The notes beneath the pieces are model-generated. The model saw only the letters and a program-made list of their open reading frames with translations. It was not told the DNA's origin and did no database searches. A stretch of DNA of 64,000 bases, from the NCBI RefSeq assembly GCF_964188315.1, contig NC_135658.1, forward strand, positions 28,954,001 to 29,018,000, in the 5' to 3' direction. This document shows, piece after piece, positions 24,093-37,280 of this stretch. Every line of letters starts with the position of its first letter. The stretch's first letter is position 1. The position numbers were made by a program, and so were the translations under genes. The DNA is from Podarcis muralis (lineage: Eukaryota).

Positions 24093-24952
24093 TGTCATGG
24101 CCCCAGACAACGCTCCTCAGAGGCAGAGTCCTCTGGATACTGTAGCTCTGAAGAAGAGATGGTTTCACTTCCTGGCCCATCCCAGCTTTCCTTGATGTCA
24201 TAGTTTCGTTGTTGAGCTCAGTAGAGTGAGAGACCAGCCAACTAGAAGAGTCTCTGAGGTCTACTTGCTTAGAGGCAGTCAGCATCCAAAATCGGGTCAA
24301 GACCTAGGGTTGGGTGAACATCACTCCATGAGGTCAGGTGGTCCAGGGGTCAGGGAATCTGATAAGCATGGGGTCCCGGGTCAAGACAAACAGGAAGAAG
24401 CAAGGAAGGGCCAGGAACTTCTTGCATTGTTACCAGCATTTTGCTGCTGCTGGAAGCTCTGCTTAAGAAGGCTGAAGCCAGCTGGTTCTCATCAGCGCCT
24501 TCTCCTCTGTGTCCCTGAAGGCTGATCAGTTGCAGATGGAATCATTCCACCTTCTCCCCCTTCAGGCTGCTGTTCAGCAGGCCCATGACACGAGCTCTGA
24601 GGAGACACCTCTGCCACTGGAATCTGGTGGCTGATCCACAGACTCCTCAGGATCATGAGAACCCTGTGGAAGGTTCCCTAGAAGTGGAAACACAATTACT
24701 CCCAAAGATGTCAATGGCTGCAGCAGAAGACCCCGGCTCTTTAAGTAGCTTGGAGGCAGCACTCAGTGGGTGGACGGCTGGCAAGGTCACCTCTTGTCAT
24801 TTTAGTTCTCTAAAGCCTCTTTCTATTGGGCCATTTTGGCCTGACAAGTTTGTAGAGTGGGAGAGAGGCATCACTTCTGGGATAGGCCGCCTGGGTGAGG
24901 TCAGGAACCAAATCAGTCCCCATACTGGGCCGGGGCAGGGTTTTTTTTAACA
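24093..24952 (+). mobile_element. Probable solo LTR
   Basis: Starts TGTCA, ends ..AACA, flanked by gttactt / gttacct. GC-richer than its flanks; no gag/pol remnant seen. Confidence 0.5.
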
Positions 24953-26039
24953 GTTACCTTGTAACACTATTTCAAGCTTTGCTAGATGCCCATAGAGAGA
25001 ACAGGTAGATTTCATGCTCCTAAACTTTAGATGCTCATTCCACCTGGGCTCTGACCCAGGAAAGCTTATGCAACCATATTTTGGATTTGTTAAGGTGTTT
25101 TGCCACATGTAGACTGTCTGGCCTTAACTGCAAATAGTTTGCGTGCCAGATAAAAATGTGGCAGGTAAAGATTAGCTGATATCTTAACTGCTTCTATTTT
25201 CCTTCCTCCTCCTTATGTTTTGTCTTATGCGGGATGTAGGCTCTTTTAAAGCATTGCCAGAATTAAATGAAGGGAGCCTGTCTAAAGTAATGTAGCATCC
25301 TATAACAAAGATCTGTATTGGTGTTGTATGTGTCTAGGACTGTCAAAAGACAAATTTAAGAGGTAGGTTTATGACCAACAAACTTAGGGGTGTGGGAAGG
25401 CAAAGAAATAACTGAAAGTGAGCCAGATGAAGTACTTTCTTAAGCCAGCAACAGTTGTTGAGCTGCCCTGTCTTCTTGTACTATAATAAAAAGGTTGTGG
25501 CTTTTCTTAAATATAACCAAATGGAGCCTGCCTGGCAGAACTGTTGAAGTAGATTCAAAGTTCCATCATACTTAAGTGCCTGATTATGTAAGTGTTCAGT
25601 GCCCACTTTGTTCCCACGGTATATGAAACAGAGCAAATGAAGAAATACCTTTGTCGGGCTCTAATAGGCCCTGGTGTGGACACTAATTAGCCTCAGTTCC
25701 GAATGCATCTATATCAGGCAATCCTATTTACCGAAAACTGAATGTTTTATTTTAAACCACATAGATCTTTGTTAAATGCTGATGCTCCTGCTGTAGTACA
25801 TGATTGTGGAAAAACAAATAAGCATCGCTGTATTCAGGATCCTTAGCAGGATACAGTCAATCAACTACATTGCACATTTAAAAGTGCCTGACAAAACAAG
25901 AGATAAGCTTACAATTATTTAATGTTTCAGCTTCCGCCTGAGCTATTAAGATTTCAAAAGTGGTACCAGGAGCCAAGGTGATAAACGCCCAAGAAGCTCT
26001 GAGCTCTAGAATACAAAATTGCTCATCGGAACTCACTGT

Positions 26040-26400
26040 TTTTGTTCTTTCTTTTTTATTAAGATTTCTATTAGATTTTCATAACTTTAACTAATTAATT
26101 TCAGACTTCAAACCTGTTATACATTTCTCTTTCAATTTGGCTTTCCTCCTTTCCTTCCATGCTCTTTTTATACCCATCCCTGCACATTTCACCTCTATTT
26201 CATATTCCTCTATTACATAACACATTTAATCTAATATATATTCCTCTTTTTCTTACATCATCATTTCTTCCTGTTGTTCAAATTTCAAATCCCACCCGCA
26301 ATTTCATTTGGTTATGATATTTTATCTGTTGACATCTTTATGCATAATTTTTAAGGTTTTTTACATTTTGTATATTGAGACTCATATCTTTTTAATATGG
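26040..26400 (-). mobile_element. Probable L1/Tx1-type LINE 3' end
   Basis: Minus strand ends aataaaaaaaagaaagaacaaaa. Purine-rich 3' UTR, preceded by KYHNQMKLRVGFE, which resembles reptile L1 ORF2 C-termini from memory. Confidence 0.45.
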
Positions 26401-27029
26401 AATTAGCTTCTGTGAGATCCCTTTGGGTCAGTGGAATAATTTTTTTAAAGGATATAATAAATAGTAATGTTTCAGATTGTATACATGGCGTGATGGGCTA
26501 CTAGCAAAAAGGGCAGTAGGCAGAATAATTTAACCACAAAGCTGGAACTCTTGTTTGCTTTCTGTTTTGTTTTTACTATTCATGGAAAAGCTGATGTGTG
26601 AAGAGAAAACCACTGGGATACATTAAAACTCCTTGCTAATGTTCTTGGCGCTGTGTTCTGGGAAGGGAATGACATTCTGCAATAATTGAATCATGCAGGG
26701 CTCTATGCAGCAGATACCCTTAGGTGATTATGTTCAGAACAGAAGCTCTCAGAATGTCATTTAGCAAATGAAAATAGAGCTGGATACCAGTAATAAACCA
26801 GTGCCCCCAAGCTATAGATTTTCTAGGGTAATTTAATTGAAGCACACAAATAGTTTGTGCTTTCTGCCTAGGAGAGGGGGCAGCACTGATGCACAAATGA
26901 TTGATTCTGAGGTCCAGCCAACAAAATGGAATTTCTATTTTACCAGAAAATTATGCACTGATCCAATTTGCTTACTATCTCCAAGTCAGGTCAGTACATC
27001 TGTCTGTCTAGGATGGATCCCCAAGGGTA

Positions 27030-27660
27030 AACTCACTCACTGGCTACATCCAAGGCTTTCCCCCCCTGCTGGAACACAGTTCCAGCACCTCTCCAGTCGG
27101 TGCCATTGCAGGGCAGCTTCTTGGCGATGATAGTGCTGCTTGTTTACAAAAACCACAGGCTCCTGATTGACAAGAACAATGGAGCAACGCATGCACAGCA
27201 GCAGCAGCAGTGGGGCGTGGGGGGACGGGGGACACTCTCGCTGCCTTATAATGTAGAGCAGCAATGGTCAAGGCTTGCCCTTCTGAAGGTGCCTGTGCAG
27301 CACAGGCCAGGCGGATGCCTAGGCACTTGCTCAGAGGCTGGAAGGTGAAGGTGGCAGTGGCCAGATGCTGCTGCTGCCATGGTTGTGCCCAACACGGGGA
27401 TCTGTGCTGCACAGCGCTGCCCGCCAAGTATCACTGATTGGGAGGCTTCGTGCGGTGAGTCGGCCGCAAAGAAACAAGGGTATAAAACAGCAGGATTTCA
27501 AGTTGCAGCCCGCAAATGTAAGTGCACATCTTGCTCCCTGTAAATGAGCGAGGGAAACAATATGAATCTCCCTATAAGATGGTGCAGCCCGGCATCTTGT
27601 CACATGATTTTGGTTTCAAGATGCCGGTGGTATCTGGATTGGCGACTGAGGCGGTGAGTT
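27030..27660. promoter_or_regulatory. Intronic CpG-rich segment, candidate alternative/divergent promoter
   Basis: About 20 CpGs in ~600 bp by eye against a CpG-poor flank, no repeat signature. ATTGG at 27437 and 27638, TATAAAA at 27481, GTGAGT donors on both strands. Confidence 0.5.
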
Positions 27661-29404
27661 CCAGCACTTTTCTCCTAGTATATTAGTATAAACCCCAAGG
27701 CAATTTGGTGCAGGAATTACACCCCCAAAAAACTTAGCTTCATGAAGCAAAAAAGAAAGTGCATGGTGAGGTTAAGCTCTAAGACACGGGATAAAAAGAC
27801 CTCTGAAAAATCAGACCAAACGTCTTTTTCCTCTGTCACTTTTCCCCTAGAGAGATCATAGGTGCAGTGTCCACATGTTGCATAGGTCTTGGAAGCGTTG
27901 GGTCAGGATTCAAATGGCCACGTTCTGACCAAAGGCAGTTCTTGGGCAACTGCATTTTTTATTTAGGAATTATTTTTCAATAGAGAGAATAGGACAAAAG
28001 AGAGGGGGGAAGGAGACAATAGTCCTATCACTGCTATATGGCATGGAATCCAAACTTAACCATGGCTGACACATGTCAACACTGGTCTTGCCATAATTCA
28101 TGCTAGCTAGATTTCTGGTTCAGTGAGTTTCGAAGGCAGGTTTCCCAAACCCTTGGTAACTTTGACGGTGACTGTAGTCAAGGGAGGTGGAAATTCATAC
28201 TGGAAAGGCCACAGCAAAGGGAAAGCAGTGCATAATTCCACAAGCCAACTCTGATTTTGTTAAGAGCCTGACTGCATTTTGCCTGCAGTGGCCTAGTGAA
28301 TACTCAATTAGATTTTTCAAGGCAGGTGCAATTTTAATCCAGGTCACTGTTCATTGGATTTTGTTCCTTAGAGATTTGAGGTCCCGCACATGTCTTTCAG
28401 GAATGACATCATTTGAGAATGCAAATAGTTGTTCCCAACGTAAGTAAAAACCCTTTGTTTTTCTAACTTGACCATATAAATGCTTTTAAGTGCTATTTCC
28501 GTGAATACATTAAGGGAGAACGAAATCCTGAAATGTAGAATGGATCAGATTTAAATTATAAAACTGTGTTCCAGTATAAATATATATATACCTAGGTTGA
28601 TGGCCACACTAAAATAATCCAAATGTATTTCATGAAAATGAAAGTTCAAATTGCATTATCGTTTCTGTTGGTAGGTTTATGGCTTTTGTGATTCTTTTTG
28701 TATGTGCTAATGATAACATGAACATACTGTGATTAAGCAAAGGCTTAGACATCTCATCCCATCAAAATGGCATTTATAGCATGTTTATCTTCCTAGGAAA
28801 TGGAAATTGCAATCACAAAATCAGTGTTGTTTTTCGCTGCTGGGAGAAATAGATAAGGTAAGAGCTCAAACGGAGGTGGAGGGAATCAGGCTTCAGGAGA
28901 AGGTGGATGAAATTGCATTTTGACATGGCTGGAAGCAGTTTCAGTCTGCTCAATATGGCGCAGCATGACCTAGTTCACCCCGAGTTTTTTCTCTAGTTTG
29001 CCTTGCTACCATGATCACAATCTAATCCCAGTCTCTTTGTTCGTTAACACACATGACCCAAGGATGACCCCCCCAAAATTTGGCATATCTGTGACCAAAT
29101 TTGACCTTGTTTTCTTTAAACTGAACAAGCCTCTTGGCTGGCTGCAGCATCTGATGATCTTCCTAATTCACATGACCACTTTTTCATAATAAAATGCAAA
29201 GGCTATCAGGACTTCTCTTGCATAACCATAAAAGCATCATTGTCAGCCACAACAAGCATCATTGCCAATTATTTGACTTGAAGGGTCAGCATGACATTTT
29301 TTTGCTGTTACATCAACAACCAGCCATGGTGGGTGTGATCCAAAGGAAGCATAGTGGGAGGATAGACAGCGGTGTGTGAGTGTGCAAAGGTAACATTTAC
29401 ATTA

Positions 29405-30279
29405 TGTCACAGACTGGTTGAACTGGTAGGAAGAACCAGCTGGCGAACCACCAAAGGAAGAGGGCCCAGGGAGTGATGGTGGGACAGCGATAAGTGGTCA
29501 GAGGAAGAAGAAGAAGAAGAAGAAGAAGAAGAAGAAGAAGAAGAAGAAGAGGAGGAGGAGTTTGGATTTGATATCCCGCCTTTCACTCCCTTTAAGGAGT
29601 CTCAAAGCGGCTAACATTCTCCTTTCCCTTCCTCCCCCACAACAAACACTCTGTGAGGTGAGTGGGGCTGAGAGACTTCAGAGAAGTGTGACGAGCCCAA
29701 GGTCACCCAGTAGCTGCATGTGGAGGAGCGGAGACGTGAACCCGGTTCCCCAGATTACGAATCTACCGCTCTTAACCACTACACCACACCAAGACATGGA
29801 AAGGAGGTCTGGAAGCTGAAGACTTAACAGGGCTTAGTGAGCTGGGAGAGTCTGTGGCAGAGAGAAGTCCAGAATCAGGCAGAAGCTGGAAAGTGGAGTG
29901 AGGAAGCCCAAGAAATAGAGATGAGTCAAACTGGTGAAGAGTCACAGGTGCCTTCCTCTCCTGCTGCAACAAGCTCCCCTCCCCACTTGTCTCCCAGAAC
30001 CAGAAGAGGCATGAAAAGGGCATAGGTTAGGTTGGTTTCACACAGACACAGCCTCTGATTGCTTGGAGGCACCCTGGAGATGAGGGAACTTACGACGGCT
30101 GTAGAGAGGCAGGGACTTTCCATCTCAGCAACTGATCCATGGGGCAAGACCTACCAGGAATGAGCTGCTGTGCTCATCAGGCCTGACACTCCGCTAAGTC
30201 CGTGCAGATTGTGTTCATGGTAATAAATGGTTAACTTGAACTTTGAATGAGGTGATTTACTGCCAGTTCATTCCTGACA
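29405..30279 (+). mobile_element. Solo LTR interrupted by a Squam3-type SINE
   Basis: TGTCA...TGACA termini, perfect 5-bp TSD CATTA (29400-29404, 30280-30284), AATAAA about 55 nt before the 3' end. Confidence 0.8.
29501..29790 (-). mobile_element. Squam3-type SINE with expanded (CTT)n tail
   Basis: Near-identical to 11065-11320. The plus strand shows (GAA)15 at 29504-29548 then (GAG)4. The first few 5' nt are missing. Confidence 0.9.
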
Positions 30280-30989
30280 CATTAATTGGCCCACCCACTT
30301 TTGCCTCTGGCACCGCCTCCCTCTGGCATGAGGCTCTTGGAAGCTTCCCCAGAAGGAAATCTGGCCCTTAATCCCATAGGACTTCTGAGCACCCCCACTC
30401 CTTGTTCAGGAAACAGTCTCTTGAGCAGCTCTTACGGGAGTTTTAAAAGCAGTTTCGACAACAGAACGAGAAATACGAAAATATTTTGGAAACCTCAGTG
30501 TATATATTCAAGTTTTTGTGTGTTCCTAACAGCAATGATTCCGAATCTTTATCTGAGGAACCTCTGTGATGGTATCAAATAATCAAGTTTGTTATGAAAG
30601 CGAATCTGCCTCTTTGGGCATTTTTAGTTGAATTTTGCAATGGTGTCTTTTCTTTTCTTTTCCTTCCTTTTCTCTACTGGCAATCAATATACCTACTCTG
30701 CTCTCCCAGCAGATCTGTTTCTGAAACGGGCTATCTGAATTTCATATAGTCTGTTAGGAAACTGACCTCTAGAGGGACTCTAAAGAGATGTTTCTCCTCT
30801 ATCACCATACAGATAATGATGGCTTCATGCAGTGAGAGACATGAAACTGCCTTTCCCAATTGTTGTTTGGTTGGTGATCTCCTTACATGCTTACAGCTTT
30901 CCATACATACCAAAGATTACCAGGTAACACTGTGCATTTTGGTCTGAACTGTCAGAGCACTCTATTTGATTGATGCTGCTTTCATTAGG

Positions 30990-30990
<1 letters not shown>

Positions 30991-31026
<36 letters not shown>
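30991..31026. repeat. (AC)18 microsatellite
   Basis: Read directly from the sequence. Confidence 0.95.
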
Positions 31027-31028
<2 letters not shown>

Positions 31029-31833
31029 CATTCTCCTGTCAATTTTTTTTTAACCCAAAGGCAGCCACAGGAGTTGGACAAATGTCAGGAAAGAAGAAAC
31101 TCAATATTTCCACCTACTTAAGCTGCTATGTGAATCAAAAAGCACATCTGGGAGATAATTTTGGTGAGAAATGGCAAAGGGGAAAATAATTAAACTCTTG
31201 TTCTTGAACATCACAGTGCTCAACAGGATTTGAGGGGGGGTCTTGAGGGCTGCTTTTGCAAAGGAGAATAGCCAATGCCAAGCACACTTTTAAAAATGCC
31301 TGCTTAACGCAATGTTTGTGGTCCTAAACTCAAGACTTAAGTTTGCACGCCATTGCATCATTTTTTCATTTAAAACATTTTAAAACTGCTGCTCATCTTT
31401 ATGCATTCTAGGGCAGCATACGAAGGACAATGGCCAACTAAGTCATACTGAAATACAGTGATACGAAAATAAAAATAAAGATCACATTTCAGAGCAATTT
31501 AATGTCTGTCTTGGCGCTGAGTAACGATTCCCCCTGGATCAGAGGCAACTAACAAATTCAGAAATTAACCATATGCCTCACACCACCAGATTTCCCAGTT
31601 TATCCTACTGGAAAGAACAACTCAAAGGAAAACACAGCAAAGAAAGAAAAGTGACAGTCAAGTTCCACATCACTTTAGCAGGATGCTGGCAGAGGAAAGT
31701 GATGCAGATTGCACATACAGGGATTTTCACCGCTGCGCTGCATTAGGTTGCTACCCATCTGCTCCAGATTCTCTTGATGTAGTTCAAGTCCTCTTATTGT
31801 CTTAATTGTTCAGAGTGTGCCACTTCTGATGTA

Positions 31834-32044
31834 CAGTGGTACCTCTAGTTACAAACTTAATTCGTTCCGGAGGTCCGTTCTTAACCTGAAACTGTTCTAA
31901 ACTAGAGGCGTGCTTTTGCTAATGGGGCCTCTTGCTGGCACATGATTTCCGTTCTCATCCTGGGGCAAGGTTCTCAACTCGAGGTAATTCTTCCAGGTTA
32001 GCGGAGTTTGTAACCTGAAACGTTTGTAACTCGAGGTACCACTG
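31834..32044. mobile_element. Tigger/pogo-like MITE (opposite orientation to 21136 and 38467)
   Basis: TA-cagtggtacctc...gaggtaccactg-TA. The interior is the reverse complement of the other copies. Confidence 0.9.
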
Positions 32045-32119
32045 TACTCACCACATACAGCACATACATCTACAACACATTTTATTGTGCATTCTAGTTC
32101 TCTCTGTGTCTTTTGTTCT

Positions 32120-32200
32120 GTTCTATTCTGTCATGGGTGCATTGCAGGGGTTGGAATACATGACACTTGGGGTCCCCTCCAACTCTACAATTCTATGGTT
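32120..32200 (+). mobile_element. CR1-type 3' tail fragment
   Basis: gcattgcaggggttggaatacatgacacttggggtcccctccaactctacaattctatggttct. Confidence 0.7.
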
Positions 32201-32803
32201 CTATCAAGCAATGCTTCAGATCAAGTTATGTGAGAACACCGCTCACATGTGTTTTCACCAATTCTTGTTTTTCAAAAGCCTTTGTTTGGGAATCATAATG
32301 TGCCCGGGCTCTCCAGCTGGTTAGAAAATTGGAAGCAAAACAGATTCCTTGCCATTACTAAATCATTTTATTAAGTTCCTGACCTGTGATCTGCACATGA
32401 TCTGCATTTCATTTGTTTTAAACCCCCTATTATGAAGAATGAGCTGTACTAATATCCATGGGCTCTCTCATCCTTCTGTGGAAGGTAATAAATCAACCTC
32501 CCACTCTCCAACCGCGTTCTCAGCTGAGGCTCATGCAAAAGTCAGGTCTGTGACAGAATGCTGGAACAGAGTTCCAGTGCTCCTCTGTCTGTTGAGACCC
32601 CTGATAGCATGGAGGTACTAACTGATGGCTGATTAGGATAGGTAAGAAGGTCAGATGGATTGTGAGATAGATACTGGATTGGAGATTTTCTATGGAAAGC
32701 ATTTGATAATATCACTTGGAGAAAATCAGTCACCAGCCAAGGTTTAGAAGTGAAGGAGGTGCTGCAGAAGTGGACATGGGATCTTGTTTTGGCTTTTTAA
32801 ATA

Positions 32804-33044
32804 CAGTGGTACCTTGGTTGTTGAACGTAATCTGTTCCAGAAGACCATTTGACTTCTGAAACATTCGACAACCAAGGCGCAATGGGTGGTCAGCAAATTC
32901 CATTGAGAAAATGGAGAAACGCACCTCGGAAGCCATTCGACTTCCGAGGCACGTTTGAAAACGGAAGCATTCACTTCCGGGTTTTCGGCATTCAGGTTCC
33001 AAATCGTTCGGCTTCCAAGAAGCTCAAAAACCGAGGTTCCATTG
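32804..33044. mobile_element. Tigger/pogo-like MITE, second family
   Basis: TA-cagtggtaccttggtt...aaccgaggttccattg-TA. The interior differs from the 21136 family. Confidence 0.8.
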
Positions 33045-34104
33045 TATATATTTGAAGATATAAAGCTATACAAGTCGAGGTTGTGTTTGAACTAAAAAAA
33101 ACTACATTACAGTATAGGTTTGTTTTTAATGCAACTCCTTTTGCTTTTTTCTGCCCACAACCTATACCAATTTCCATAAAATCCCTTGTTTATTTTGCTA
33201 CTGTTGGGTTTCTTTTTTTGTGGTGATAGATGGTGCTGAACTAATGAACTTTATTATTATTATAAAATTTACTTCCTGCCCTTCATTATAAAATCTCAGG
33301 GTGGATCATAAAAGTGATCCATAAAAAAAATCACAACCAAAAAAATTCATATACACATTATAACACTTTTCAGTTCCAACATTACACATAGGCCGGTGCT
33401 GTAAACATAAAAGGCTTGGGGGAGAAGAAATGTTTCCCATGGACTTTGTAATACTGAAAGAAAGAGAAAAATTGGTTCCCACAGGCCAGGCCAGAGGAGC
33501 TGGTTGAGCTTGGGGCAAATGACACATCAGGGTGCAAAACAAGAATAGTGTAATTGCTCATACCAGGGAAGGGAATTTATGACCTTCCAGGTGTTTGGGG
33601 CTTCAACACCCATGGTCAAGGATGATGAGAAATGTAGTCCAACAACATCTGGCTTGGGCACCAGTTCCTCCCCTCTGACACACACAGTAACATGGCCTGT
33701 CCTTCTCAATTTCTGTACTTACACCCCTGACAGTCCGAGGAATAAGTAGCATAATGCCAGGACAGAAACAATCAAGAGTTGTCATCAAAGCTGCTTCCTG
33801 TGTCCCTGATGAGCTATCTGCATGACACACCCTTCTCCGGTGAAGCCCTTCCCTTTACAAAGCAGAATCACTGGTCAATCTAGACACTGAGGGCTTTTTA
33901 TGCGAAGTTGGCCACAGAAGCATAGATTGTTGACATTTATGACATTTGATTTGCTGCAGCAGAAAAAACCCCTGATGGTATTATGAAACAAAGCTTAAGA
34001 ACTCAATTGTTGGTTAGAAGATGCCTGACCAGGAGTTGTATCCCAAGATGCAAATTACTTAACTTCAGTCCTTGATTTGTTTATAAGTGAGTTAAAAGTG
34101 AGAT

Positions 34105-34340
34105 TGTTTATTTATTACATTTATATCCTACCTTTTGCCCAAGGAGTTGAAGGTGGCCTACAAAGTTCTCCTTCCCCATTTATCCTCACAACCACCATTT
34201 GAGGTAGGTTAGGCTAAGAGAGAGTATGTGATTGATGGGCCCAAGGGCACCCACTGAGCTTCAAGGCTGAGAGGGGGTTTGAACGGTGTCCTCCCAGGTT
34301 CGAGTCCAATGCTCTAACCGCTACACCACATTGGCTCTTT
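34105..34340 (-). mobile_element. Old Squam3/MIR-like SINE
   Basis: ctctaaccgctacaccacattggctct head, atttatcctcacaaccacc...gaggtaggttaggct core, (TAAA)-type tail. Confidence 0.7.
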
Positions 34341-36107
34341 AAAGTCCTTGAATAACCAAGAGCTCTCACTTGATGTCATTATCATTTTGTTGCTTTTTTT
34401 CGTCCCACCCCAACAAGATTATCTTGACCCTCCTCACTGCATCATGTGAATTGAGATAGTGCTCAACATTTGCCCATAAGAATCCACTGCAGAAAAGATC
34501 ATTCACAGTGCACAGGTTTGGAAAACCTTCTCTTTCATTGCTGATCCTAATGAGAAAATCCTGCTTACCCTAGAATCATCCACAATGTAGTCTGAAAACT
34601 GTTGGTGTAGAAAAGCGGTAAACTGGCAAAGGGGGATTTGCTATTTTGAAGACCAGCTATTGAAGTCTTTAGGGAAATTTTCCAAAAGCACTAGGCAACT
34701 TGTTAACTAGCCTTGTGGGAACATTACTCACAACATTTTGTGAGTTCATTACAGGTGCTTTTTCAGTTTTTGCACGTACCACAAGTGCAAAAAAGGGGGG
34801 GGGGACATTTAGTTTAGCACACATTACATCACCACTTAAGCATCTAACAGGAAACTAGTATCATTATAACTTATTTTACATTTTCCAGTGAATGTTTAAA
34901 ACAGCTGAGCTACATATGAACTGAAAGTTGATGTCAGCACACGACAGCTGTTTAATATTAACCAGTACATATATAGTGGCAAATGACTTTGTTTTCTGAA
35001 GATAATTCAAACTTGTTAAAAATTTCCAGCTGCTTTGTAGGCACTCAGGAATAACCTTTTCAGCATAGCAGTGTTTGTTGACTTATTTTAAAAGGTTTGT
35101 ACTCACTTATTCAATAGAGGTCTTTTAAAAATAAAAATAAACCTGTGCTTTGGAAGGCAGCTGTGAATGACAGGTTTCACTGGACTACAGTTCCAGTGAC
35201 AATATTTATGTTTGGAATATTTTGCTGCAATATAATAAATAGGTACAAGGAACATAACATGGATTCATCTAATTTCAGAATAGTTCATACTCATGACTAA
35301 ATGAACCTATTTTGCCACTAACATTCTAACACATATTTAAGAAAATTAGAATACTTGGGTGCATCCTACTTCCTTCTAACACCTACCAGTTTTCGAAGTT
35401 AGCAGGGTGCCAGGCGCAATTTGCACCTAGCTTTTGACCACTTGTGACCAAGTGAAGATGCCTGGGTGACAGGATGGCACCTGCCATCTCCATCATCTGC
35501 GGATCATTGGATCTGGACTGTTTTCAAACACTAATACCACATCCTGTAGAATTCTATCAGTTATGTTTTATCTGCACAACCAATGAAGTTCAGGAATCAC
35601 AATGCTTTTTCTGCGCAGCCTGAGCAGCCACCATTAAGAAAAAGAGGTTGAAATAGGGCAATATATATGTGGACTGGGCCTGGATAAAGTGACTTTTCTT
35701 CCTTAAGTTCTCAAAGCTCTTAACCTAGCTCAAGGTTGTCATCTGAACTGGCCAGATGTTTAACTGAGAATCAATCACAGTCAGTGCATCATTTGAAAAA
35801 TAGGACTTTAGAGCCATCTTGGCCAAAAATGGCAACTAGACATTCTGTTTTGGCAACTGCAACCTTGGTTTAAGGAGCCATTTGCTGCCTAGTTTATATA
35901 TCTGAGTTTCTAACACTGCCACCTACCTGGTGAAAAGTCCAAGGAAGGTCTAGAAGGGTTCAATTTAAAGTGAAAGAGGGAGAGAGAGAGGCAGTATATC
36001 GACCACAGAGTATGGCTATCAATTGAACGGAACCCAGGATAAGGAGCAACATGAACATTTTTGTCAGTTTGCAGCCACCTCCAAACACAACTCCAGTAGC
36101 TTTTCAC

Positions 36108-36355
36108 CAGGGGTCAGCAAACTTTTTCAGAAGGGCTGGTCCCTCAGACCTTGTGGGCGGCCGGACTATATTTTGAAAGGGGAAAAAAAAAATGAACAAA
36201 TTCCTATGCCCTACAAATAACCCAGAGACGCATTTTAAATAAAAGCACACATTCTACTCATGTAAAAACACGCTGATTCCCAGACCGTCTGCGGGCCAGA
36301 TTTAGAAGGCGATTGGGCTGGAGCCGACCCCTGGGCCTTAGTTTGCCTACCCATG
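36108..36355. mobile_element. hAT-type MITE (~250 bp)
   Basis: caggggtcagcaaac / gtttgcctacccatg, TSD cttttcac / ctattcac (7/8). Same family as 22814. Confidence 0.88.
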
Positions 36356-37179
36356 CTATTCACGATCTTCAGTACTCATTCAGAAATGGAAGCAAGGAAC
36401 TCTGATTTGTACCTACAAAATGAGGTCAATGGAAGTCCACAGACATAACTGCCACATATTGGCTACACATCTGCATTAGGACAGTTTTTGAAAAAAGTAC
36501 TTTATGAAAGAACTGGCTTCTAGTTTTATTCAGTGATATTCCTGTTCTCTCACTATGATAAATAACTCAGCTGCTTATGTCAGGAAGTAGAATGCTGCCT
36601 TGTTATCATTATCCCTAGAAAAGGAAGATCATTTCGTACATACACAAATAAGTACCACTGGCTATAATTTTCATTTTAAAAGCAGGACAATTTTATACTA
36701 TAGCACTTCAGTGTCTGTAATAATTCATTTCTTCCCTCAGAGGATAACACTGATGACCTGAGCATCAAACTATTAAACAATCTGATATAAAAAAGACTTT
36801 CAGCAAATAACTCTGCCGTTATTGGTCTGTGAGCTGAGATCATAATACTCAATTCAGCTAAAAAACCAAAAACCACATGCACGCAAGATGACTGGGAGCA
36901 CAAATATCTAAAAATGGCCGCATACAAAAGGGGTTTAAAATGTCACAGGAAATTTCTTTGCTTCGGAATAGGGACTCTTATGAATACTTCATTATTTCTT
37001 AAACAGATGGGACACTGTGCGTTGCCTGAGCAGCATGTACCCGTGCAAAGGGGGCTTGATTCTCCCCCCTTTCTCCATTCACTTGGTGTGTGGAATTTTA
37101 TTACTGAGTGAAGTTGGGCCAAGTTCATCACTTGGAAGATGAAGCCTTTACTTGACAACAATCTAGAAGCCCTTCTCAA

Positions 37180-37280
37180 TTGCAGAGCATCTCCCTTGGA
37201 TGAATTCCTGGATCAATTCCTGACATCTCCAGCCAGGGTTGGTAAAAGACTCCTGCCTGAAGCTCTGTTGCCAGTGTAAA
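37180..37280 (+). mobile_element. Degraded tRNA-derived SINE fragment
   Basis: gcagagcatctccc...ggatcaattcctgacatctccagccagggttggtaaaagactcctgcctgaag. Confidence 0.45.

Noticed and set aside
31730-31830. Minus-strand SEQLR peptide resembling a recalled STARD13/DLC1 alternative N-terminus
   Set aside because: Followed at once by an in-frame stop with no further similarity; a five-residue chance match.
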